From positions 166,036,001-166,100,000 of the forward strand of contig OZ024743.1 in assembly GCA_964016885.1 (NCBI GenBank): 64,000 nucleotides of DNA, read 5' to 3'. Every line of letters starts with the position of its first letter. Positions within the stretch are counted from its first letter, which is position 1. The notes under the pieces were generated by a model. The model did no database searches. It had not been told where the DNA came from and saw only the letters and a list, made by a program, of their open reading frames with translations. A program made the translations under genes and the position numbers. Positions 33,216 to 43,559 of this stretch are shown piece by piece. The stretch is from Eledone cirrhosa (lineage: Eukaryota).

Positions 33216-33506
33216 GTTTTTTTGAGAAAAAAATTATTTTTTTTTCAAAATAAAGTTCAAATATTTGGGCCAAAAGGCCCAAATATTATGAGTTATTCCT
33301 TCACAGGATACAAATTAATGTCTTATAATGCTTCAGCGGTACAAAAAATAAACAATTCTCTACAATTAATCCTCAAAAAATTGCTTACTCACGGAGCTTC
33401 AAAAAACGTACATCCACTTTCGTCAATAATAATAATAATATATGTATATATATATTGAAAGAGTGAAGAATAACATGATCAACAGTACAAAAAAAGAGTT
33501 TTATTT

Positions 33507-33623
33507 ACAGTCTTAACAATTGTTTCACTGATTAAGTTGTCTAAAAATTGCTGAACACTTGAAGCTGTGCCACTCAATTTTAAATACGTTGTTAACTTAA
33601 CCAGATTCATCAGAAAGGACTGT
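33507..33623 (-). ncRNA. Hammerhead ribozyme-like motif with extended stem II
   Basis: Minus strand: ACAGTCCTTT-CTGATGA-atCTGGTTAAGTT...AACTTAATCAGt-GAAAC-AATT-GTT-AAGACTGT. Confidence 0.6.
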
Positions 33624-34535
33624 TAAAAATATGCTCAGCGTTTACGAATTCAAATTACAACATCACTAATAAAGAAAGAGAGAGAAAAAAGAAAGAGCGA
33701 AAGAAAGAAAGAAAAAGAAAAAGATATAGAGAAAAAGTCAGAGAGAAAAAAGAAAGAAGAGAAAAGGATGAAGAAAAGGATAAAATATTAAGAAAAAGAA
33801 AAAGAAAAAGAAAAAGAAAAGGAAAAAGAAAAAGAAAAAAAACAGAGAAAAAACAACAAAGACAACAACAATAAATGAATAAACGCTAATAAACAAGTTA
33901 CAACGAGGATGATGAAAAAACAATACAAAATATTAATTTATTAATGTAACTAATACATACATGAATATATTTAACATGTTCATGTTTATACCAACATATC
34001 TCTATATTTTAACCACCAACACCACGACTACTCTCAATAATCTTACTATGTTTACTTTTCTTCGCACACATATAACATTTTTTTTTTATCATATTTTGTA
34101 GTTTTTTCATCATCCTCGTTGTAACTTGTTTATTAGCATTTATTCATTTATTGTTGTTGTCTTTGTTGTTTTTCTGTTTTTATTTTTATTTTTATTTTAT
34201 TTTATTTTTTATTTTATTTTTTATTTTTATTTTTATTTTTATTTTTATTTTTATTTTTATTTTTATTTTTATTTTTATTTTTATTTTTATTTTTATTTTT
34301 ATTTTTATTTTTATTTTTATTTTTATTTTTGATTTTATTTTTATTTTTATTTTTATTTTTATTTTTATTTTTACTTTTATTTTTATTTTTATTTTTATTT
34401 ATCTTTTATCCTTTTCTCTTCTTTTTTTCTCTTTGTCTTTTTTCTCTATATCTTTTTCTTTTTCTTTTTTCTCTCTTTTCTCTCTCTCTTTATTAATGAT
34501 GTAATTTGAATTCGTAAACGCTGAGCATATTTTTA

Positions 34536-34652
34536 ACAGTCCCTTCTGATGAATCTGGTTAAGCTCACAACGTATTTAAAATGGAGTGGCACAGCTTCAA
34601 GTGTTCAGCAATTTTTAGACAACTTAATCAGTGAAACAATTGTTAATACTGT
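34536..34652 (+). ncRNA. Hammerhead ribozyme-like motif with extended stem II (second copy, stem I partly decayed)
   Basis: CTGATGA 34546-34552; GAAAC-AATT-GTT 34633-34644. Confidence 0.55.
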
Positions 34653-34867
34653 AAATAAAACCCTTTTTGTACTGTTGACCATGTTATTCTTCACTCTTTC
34701 AATATTATTACTCCCAGATAAACTTACATAGGAATTCAAGAGAACTCACAAACTCGCCACCTACGGAAACCTCTTGTTGAGTCAAATAACGCCGTATGCT
34801 AAAACTATCCACAATACGGAGTATTCACAACCTCTAACTGGATTACCTATAACGATATTTTGTTATC

Positions 34868-34931
<64 letters not shown>

Positions 34932-36493
34932 CGAAGGAAGTGTGGTAAGGAACCAGATGGACCATAACGCACCAGAGTACTCAATACTTAGGGTAAACTA
35001 AGGTCAATACTAAGAAAGAAAGAATGAAAACTACAGACAAAAATGTGAACTTTGGTCTTTATATATGTATGTAAAAACAATTTTCCCCCATATTCTTATT
35101 GTTCTTATTGATATGCAATTTAATTGCATTATACACTTCCGTCGTGGGAAAAGCCTACAAGCTGAAACCGGTACAAATAATGCGGAAATTCCTATTTTGT
35201 AAATAAATGTTTTAATATTATTCTGAGAGAATTTCCCCTGTTTTTTTTTTTTGTTTTTTTTACTATATATATTTATGGATAGGGTTAGAAACTCACAATA
35301 AGTGACAAGAAAAATATAGACTTCGGCGAGAGGAGAGAGTAGAAGATGTATTGACTTTAACATGTTTCTTTGCCTTTTATAATAGTCTACATATGCTGAC
35401 TACAATATATATTGTTCAATCACATGCAATACTTAATTATTTTTCACACGTCTTCAGAAAACTTAGAGTTAGCTGTGGTAGTTTCCTTTCTGCATGGTGT
35501 AGAATTCAGGAATGAGTTGGGTTTTATGTTGGTCGATTTAAAAATAGTATTTACGTTTAAGAATAAAATAAAATAAAACAAATGACAATAAAATAAAATA
35601 AAATAAAATAAAATAAGCTAGAGTGAGAAGTAGAGAAAGTTAGGGGGAAAGGGGATGGGGTGAAGAGTTTTGCACTTTCACTTGATGTGTTGTGATGTGA
35701 AACAACTTTTTTTTACCATTGACAAATGTGAAGGTTTCAGAGTTTGCCATATATGGTCAAGAGAGCCATGCTAATGGAGGAGGGAGAGAAGGGTGAAGAG
35801 AGAAGAGAAGGGAGAGAGAAAATTGAAAGAGAAGGAAAGGGTGAACATTAAGAATATGATTGAAGAGAGAAGAAAGTGACGTATGAGGAGGTAGGATGGT
35901 TTTGAAGAGTACTGAAAGTTCAAATGCTACAGGTTAGATACAATAGATAGAATGTAGTAAATTACAGATATCTGAGAACGAATCTTGTTCTAATCTAGTT
36001 TGCATTTTGCGAAGGTTTTTAGAACCTTACGTCATGCCGGGAATTTAGAAGGTCCTTTCCGGTCGCTATTTCAACCACTTCCGCCAGACATTCACAGGGT
36101 TGTCGTTCATTCCGCTATGGACGGGCGAATCTCAACACTGACCATTGTAGTGTGTATTCTATATTGGTGAAATTCAGATCCCATATTGTTTTCGCTAGGA
36201 GCGCGGATCTAGCTAAACTAGGGTTTCCAAACGTGTGAAAAACGTGTGAAAAAATTCGTGGCACCCACATACTTAGATATCCCCAGTTTTGATTTGACCG
36301 CACATTGCTACACTTGCTTATATTATATACTCCGTGATCCCTTCTGGACAAACATAGCATACTTATGATATACGAATCAAAGGATACCATCGAGTCAAAT
36401 TCTCTGGTAAGCAGTTATCTTGTTTAAGCATTCATTGTTGATATACATAAACAAAACATTATCTATCCTCACACACACTCACACACACACACA

Positions 36494-36575
<82 letters not shown>

Positions 36576-36589
36576 CGTACATATATATC

Positions 36590-36850
36590 ATGGTTGCGAA
36601 AAATTAGGCATAAAAGAAATCCGATGTAATGTGCGTTTGTATGGACACGTGATGTGTATGGAGGATAACAACTGTATAAAGAGGTGCAGAAAAATCTCAA
36701 TAGGAGTAGACCTAGGAAGATATGGAATGCAGTAGTAGTCTTAAGAAACTGAACCTCACGGGGAAGATGATAAAGGACCAGGAGGATTGGTAACATGCTG
36801 TATTGGAAAAGACCCAACGTAAAATTTGACCTGACCAATTCACGTTCCCC
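36590..36850 (+). mobile_element. RTE-type LINE 3' fragment, decayed
   Basis: TATGGACACGTGATG (YGHVM) and GGAGTAGACCTAGGAAGATATGG (RPRKxW) resemble 52330-52520 on the minus strand. Confidence 0.55.
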
Positions 36851-38099
36851 CCTCCTCTTATCTTCACTCTTGCTGTACAACCCCCTTTTTCCTACTTTCT
36901 CAACACGTTCCTCACCACAACAGTCATGCCCCCATGACATTATACCTGTCAGCCCCCACAACCTGTTACTCCTATCCCACGCCCATGTGGTAAGTATGGG
37001 ATATTTAATAACTGTCAACCTCCTTAGTGCTGATGCCACAATAAAACGCACCCACTATACTCTGTAAAGGGATTGCTGTTAGAAGGGGCCTCCAACCGTA
37101 AAAACTACGCCAAAATGGTTTGAGAGGACTCTCCAATTACGACAAGGCAATCATTCCAGTGCCACGGAAAAATGCACCCAGTATACCCTGTACGGTAATA
37201 CGAACGTTATCCAACGGTAGAAACAATAACAAACAAATGATCGAAAGGACACTTTACTTGTGTCGAGGACACGACAGCCTCTCTGCCGTTAGTGTTCAAC
37301 ACGATAAACGCACCATGAACACTCTGGATATTTTCACAACGCTGTTACGCGACAAAGATATTTTGTGATGTATTTATTGATCGCAAAAAATGATTATATA
37401 TTAAATTCAATTATACAAATTTGTATAAAACTATAATATTTTAAGGTTCAGTAATGTACCTCTCCGAGTTCTGCACCCAAGACAGTTGCCTGGTTAGCCT
37501 TAATGATAGCGCCGGTCATGCTTAGGTATTTAATGCGGTAGCCCCAGTTTTAGTAAGATTTTTAACGAATTCATAACCCATAACAATGTTAAAATATTAA
37601 TAAAGAAAGGAAACATGAGAATTTAATTTTTCGGTAAATATTTAAATTGTAACTACGTTCAACATAAATGTTTAAGATTTTACATACAAGTCATGATCCG
37701 GGAAACGCCTTTTCTATTCTCTCCGCTGGGGCCGCGAGGCGGCCTGTGCGTGGGTCCCCATTTGCTCATAATAGTGAGGGATGGAGAGAGCGGAGAGACG
37801 GAAGCAATGGCAGTGGGAGTTTGGTTCCTTTGTGTTCAGAACTGGTGTTCATGTATGTTTCACAGACACACACTCACACTGAGGCATTGATAATTACCAA
37901 CAAATAATTTATTAAAATATACATATTTACACACGCACACAATTCATAAAATATACATATTCACATTTGTATTTATATAAGTTCATTTACAAGAAGCTAG
38001 ATATAGACAGATGTAAAGCTCAGACGTAGATTCTTTAGGTATCATGGTTCTGTTTGGGTGCAGATTTTTCTTTAAATAATGAGCCATTAACCAAGCTAC

Positions 38100-39200
38100 A
38101 CCCGCTGCAACATCTACCTAACCTCGCGGGGTTCCCTCCTCAGATGGGCCGCCGACGCTCCGATCTTGCGGAGGAGCTCGGCAAGTACGCCTGAGGTCTC
38201 GACGGCGGCCGGACAAACGCCGGTATTTGTTTATTTTACGCTCTTCTACGAAGCGAGCTGCGATACCGGGGTTCGTGGCCGAAGCAACTAAGTTGGAGGC
38301 GGAGAATGTGTCGCAGCAGGAAGCGTCCCAGATGAGCGACCTACCTCCTTCGAATGGGAAGAGGGTGATTCCGTCTAGGTGCTTGCCATCTCCGCGGTCT
38401 ATGCCTGCTGGCTCCAGTTGAAATGGAAAGCCAGCTGCGTCCAGGCTTCTTCTCAATATGTCGTTGAGAGCGGCGTGTCGGGAGAACCGGACTTGTCAAC
38501 AACCGCCCCGCAGTGGAATTTATGTGACTCACAAACGTGGAGGCCAAGGCGTTGGGCAACTCCGATGCGAGAGCACTCATCATCAAGTAGGGTACCGGTT
38601 GATGAGGAGGGCACCGAATTGAGCCACGCACCGTTGTTGGGCTGAGAAGCGGAGAGGAGAGGCGAGGCGGTGTTGGTCCAAGCCAGACTTGATCCGCCTG
38701 ACAGAGGACCTGCAATTGATGTTGAGGATAGAGAGGCCCTCGCCTATCCAGTAGACCAGAGCCTGTTCCATCTCAGAGGCCAGGTCAGGTTCGGCCGTCT
38801 GGCTGAGAACCTCGCTGACGAGAGCGCAATAGGAGGAAATAGAGGAGAGGTAGGCAGGTAAAGTTAAATCTGAAGCTGCTCGGAGACCGAGGCCACCGAA
38901 CCTCGCTGTGAGTGTCGCCTGTTGCCAGCCTGCGCTGTCGAAACTGACATTGCAAATGAGTTCCGGATAGCGTCGAATGGTGGTGTCAAGTTTCCCGAGA
39001 TCTGCATGGGGGTGGAAAGGTGCACCGCGCAGCGTGAATGTGAGGGAGGGCGAAACAGTTCCTCAAGAAGAAGAGCGCTAGGTGAGTGTCAATGAGGTGC
39101 AGCCTTTCTGCTAATCGAGACAAATCGATGTGCTTGGTCTCCAGGCAGTCTCTTCTCTTATGGCTTTCGGGAGAATGGGGGAGCCGAGAATGCATGTGGC
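38100..39200 (-). mobile_element. Second CRE-like retrotransposon relic (3' part)
   Basis: LFFLRNCFALP, WQQATL..RFGGLG, RRSLDAAGFPFQLEPAGIDRGDGKHLDGITLFPFEGGRSLIWDA. Confidence 0.78.
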
Positions 39201-40069
39201 ATCCTTGAGTGTCAGCCGATCCCTGGCCAAGAAGTATGGGAGCAGTGTACGGCGTTGCGGAATTCGGCCTCTCCGGGGAATGCTTTTGCCGTCTTGTCAG
39301 CGGGGCGCAGCACTTCTGCCCTCTTACCCAAGGCCCAAAGCCCAATCACCTTCCCCCTTCACCTCCTCTCTTCTGCGACATCAGAGCTCTTGCCATCGCC
39401 TCCCCTTCCCGTTCTTTTTCTTCTTTCTTTCTCTTTTTTTTTCTATATTTCCCTATTCTTTCTTTTTTTAATTTTTTCTTGCTAAATTTTATTTTTAAAA
39501 TAAACATCTATTTGAGTAAAACTTTCTTTCTCATTCTTTCCGACTTCTCACTGTCAACAACATTTCTCTACCCATGACACCATCACCCCTGTCTCTTTCT
39601 CTCTCTGTCACCTCTTGTTTGTTCACAATACATCATTTTCGTTTTCTCTCAAACATTCGCACTGTTTCTGTGTTTTTGTCACTCAGTTCCCTTGGCATCC
39701 TTAGTGTGCGCGCGCGCGTGTGTGTATGTATGCTTTCTAAACATAGTCAACCATTCATGGGCTTTTCAGCAAACGGGATTAATTACACTTACTATAGAGA
39801 ACCATACAAAAGGGGCTTTTCTCTTTTCTTCATATTTTTCGACTAACGAAACAACTAAAGTGGCGCAAAAAGATAAGCCTGTAAAGTGAAGCAAAAACAC
39901 GAATAACTTCCTATGTATAATGGACAATACTATCAACAACTCTATTTTCTATTAATACATTCTTTTAATGCAGTTAAGAGATGTCATGTTGTCAGAAACA
40001 GTAGTTTTGTGTGTACGGATACTTTCGCTGGAACTGTGTTTGTTGTTGTAACGGGAAACATTCGGACTT

Positions 40070-42680
40070 ACCTTACTGCTGACACCACAGTCTCGTCTAC
40101 CAAGATGTTGTCGATGTAGGAGTTAGTGGCCCTCTTCACCTTGGCTATTTTCCCCAGAATGACCATGAGGACCGTCACCATGATCTTTGGTGCTGAGTTC
40201 AACCTGAAGCCCTGCCTGGTCAGGCAGTATGTCTGTCTCTTATACCTGACCAGCTAATACTTCCACAGCTTCTCATCTACCTGTAGCTGTAGATATGCCA
40301 ACTGTAAGTCGGCAATCGTGGAGGCCCCCATCATTCGTCTCTACTCTCACAAGGTCTCCCTGCAGACATTCATGACCTCACCCACCTGTATGGCATGACA
40401 CGTGTTCGTTCAGCTCACGAAAGTCCAGCACCGGTCTGACCTTGTTCTTCCTGGGTTGTACCACTGCCATTAACGGCAACACTCCACTCTTTACCTCCTC
40501 CTTCCAAGGGATCAATAAACCCTCTTCGATCCATCTTTGTACTTCTCCCTCAAACTCGCTTCTGTCATCTCCTTTCAATGTACGCTGATAACAGCTTACT
40601 CTATTCTTCAGCGTTGGTGGTTCTCCTTTCCAGTACCGCTCAACAACCCATCGAACACAGCCCTTAAATCCTTGTCCTGTATGGTGTGAGCGGCATGTTT
40701 TTCTTCGTGGATTTCCGTGTTCTCCTGTTGCATACTCACGGCGCATGATGTTTCCACGCTACCAAACGTTAACCCGACTTCACACACTGTAACACCTCCT
40801 AAGCAGCCAATCACATCCATGCCCCCCCCCCTCCATTACTACATCGACTCTGTCCACCATGTGGTCAATCACGATCGCCCGGAGCCTTATTTTTCTTCTC
40901 CGTACCGCCATCTCCACCTGACTGTTACCTCTGCATCTAATCTCCTGCCATCGACTCTCTTCACACTATTCATTCCGCTCCACTTTTTAACCACCTCTAG
41001 GGTCACTAATGTTGTGCAGCCGGTGTCCACGAGGGCTCGTGACGGCTTCCCCCACCAGAACTTCCACTACGGACAGCGACTGCAAGGCCGCCTCTATTTA
41101 TTTCCAGGGGTAGCTACCGGCGCAGTTATCCCCTCCCCCTGGACCATTTCTCTGGTCGTAATTATTGGTGATGTGGCCTAGCCGCTTACATTGGTAGCAG
41201 ATTATGTCTGGCTTCGGTCCTCTCCAGTGCCTTACCATGTGTGGGCCCTGGCACCTAAAGCACCGGCCTCTGAAGGCACGCGGACGAATATTCACAGTGG
41301 CTGTTCTCCTTTCGTCGTTCGTCGATCGCTGTCGACTGCTATGGGCTTCCGTCGCTGCTAGCACTGCAACGTTCCGCTCAGCGCCTTGTGTTACTACGCA
41401 GGCCTACGCGATTAGCTCACTCATGCTCATCTCTCTGTTGCCAAGAAGCTGTTGGAGCCCCACCGAGATCTCCTCGGGGAACCCGTTCATAAACGCCATC
41501 CGTGCGGCACTTTTACGGTCTACCGGCAATCCAACCAATGTAGCCGACCGCCGTATTTCCGCTGCAAATACGTCCACGTGTTCTCCCCTCCATCTCACTT
41601 TGCCTAGCTTGGCGAAAGCAGCATAAACCCCTCAGTGAGCGCTTCCTTAAGCCGTTGCTCTATCTTCTCCGCGTTCAGTTGGTCTGATTCGTCCATCTCG
41701 AGGTATAATGCCAGTGCATTTCCATCAAGATAAAGAGCGATCAAGCCAGAACGTTCTCAATACCTTGCAGCATGGAAACCAATCTGACTTTTCTAAACCA
41801 GGCGATGACATCTCCCTCACCGTTAAAGGCTTTGATCGCGTCGCTACTCATTTTCAATTACGCCGCCATCTCCTTTGCGAGATCGTAAAAGTCAGTAATA
41901 CCCCAAGAAGAGAAAGAATGAAAAAGAAACGCTGCCGGGAGTAAGAATGCCGAAAGACGGAAAAAAGTATTTAAACGCCGAAATTTGTTTGTAACTGGAA
42001 GCATTCGGAATTGCCATGCGTCTTCAATTCACTTTGGGCAGAGTCGTCCACCGTCCAGGTGTGGTACATCCGACTTTGGATATCAGAGCCTCTCTCAATC
42101 ACGCTTCACACTGCACGTCACCACTCGACCACGAACTGCTGTAACTGTCAGTAACTTCTGAACCCTCATGTAACTTCACTCGTCCTCCCGCTTCCGATCA
42201 GGCGTCCCCAGCTTCCAGCAATCTCCTCCACGCCCCCTGCTCTCAAGGATCACATTGCTCCATGCATGTCAAAATCCGCCATCCGCCTGTGTGGTCGGCG
42301 GTCCCGTTGCGATCTCCACACTGTTGGGGCAGCACTTTCCTTTTCCTCTTCCTCTGAGTCCTTCAAAACAACGACTCTACGGACGTCCAAGACGTGCTGT
42401 GGCATTCCGTCCACAGACACGTTGTTTTGGGTATTTACGGCCGTTACCGTTCCCTTTCCCGATTGAGATATGCAACGCGCGTTCGGGAGCTTGTGGTACC
42501 GTGCATGGATATCACCATTCGTATCTGTATATTGCCCTGTGTGGCACGGACTCCTCGGTTTGCCCTACCCGCGGAGACATGCTGTACCAAAACACCACCT
42601 CCATTGGTGAAATGTACCCCCTTTCCGCCATGGACGACTTGATCGTGTGATGGTGTCTCTCCACGATTCCATTTCCACTC
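40070..42680 (-). mobile_element. Second Gypsy relic related to 7200-11300, arranged as integrase-end / PPT / one LTR / gag-PR-RT
   Basis: gag (GEHVDVFAAEIRR, CFRCQGPH, CYQCKRLGH), RPVLDFRELN, YIDNIL at 40070-41870; integrase tail and PPT at 42231-42680 match 7470-7960. Confidence 0.8.
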
Positions 42681-43151
42681 AGCCAAATTCAGGCGTCTCC
42701 CAAATTCTGGCAATCTACTCCACGCCAGCCTCACAGATGTACAACAAACTTTATCTAACGCTCTATATTTAAAAATACGTATTTTGAAATTGGTGAACTG
42801 GTGGGGGCGCAAGAACGTCAGATAACATCTAACTGTGGCTGTTCAAGTAATCCCGATGTTGATTTATTTAACTGATAGTGATGTCTCCTAGGCTTTAATA
42901 AGAAAGTATGGCTGAGAATCTTCAACGAATAATTTTTATTGCTTCTTGCACTTTAAAAGCAGGTGTGGGCGTAAACCTGACGTCATTATATTTTTGTGAG
43001 GAGCAGTGACGCCCCACCCCCACTCCCACCCACACACACACAGAACTGACGAATTAGTATTTAGTGACATAGGCTAGCCTAAAATGTGTGCCTCCTACTC
43101 CCATTTATGGGGAAGATGACAAACCGAATTTTTTACGCTTTTTGCTCTAAC

Positions 43152-43152
<1 letters not shown>

Positions 43153-43198
<46 letters not shown>
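43153..43198. repeat. (AG)n microsatellite
   Basis: Direct reading. Confidence 0.95.
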
Positions 43199-43199
<1 letters not shown>

Positions 43200-43559
43200 A
43201 ACTGACTGTAATTGCAGTTATTTTCTGCGCTTGAGCATCCTACATCTATGAATTTATTTCGTCAGCGCTTCGTAAGTTAGAACTTTCGAGCTTCACACAC
43301 GATATTATATATATATATATGTTTAGTTAAAATCAGCTACTCTTGCTTCCCATCAATGAAAACTAAAATTACCAACTCCAATGGTACTAGAGGAAATCCA
43401 AGATGCAACTGCAATATGATGAGGAAAAGAATGAAAAACCATACCATACTGTCCTTTGTACAGGTTAATAAGGGATGTGTCTAGGCCTGTTCGAAAAATA
43501 TATTGCAGTCTACATTTCATGCCGCAAAAACTGGCCTGTCCTGGGAGGCGTGGGATGGA

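Larger units (their letters stand above)
27597..33424 (-). mobile_element. Tx1-like retrotransposon, full length, copy 3
   Basis: (AAT)5 at 27582-27596 and 33425-33439. Confidence 0.95.
33453..34704. mobile_element. Long inverted repeat (arms ~33453-33933 and ~34091-34704), Penelope-type pseudo-LTR arrangement, non-coding
   Basis: Arms are reverse complements with scattered substitutions; each has a hammerhead motif followed by AATAAA; internal hexamer microsatellite differs between arms. Confidence 0.75.

Noticed and set aside
16416-33225. Numerous plus-strand ORFs inside the Tx1 copies
   Set aside because: Antisense shadows of GC-rich or low-complexity coding sequence; recurrence only reflects copy identity.
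15960-33424. Telomeric HeT-A/TART-style or CRISPR-like array
   Set aside because: The array is internal, flanked by ordinary repeats, with no TTAGGG tracts, no unique spacers and no cas genes.
35130-35190. GAAACCGGTA hammerhead half-motif
   Set aside because: No CTGANGA partner upstream; at best a decayed relic.
37440-37522. Short motif recurring at ~60160-60240 and ~61830-61907, possibly a DNA-transposon end
   Set aside because: Too diverged to define paired TIRs or a TSD.
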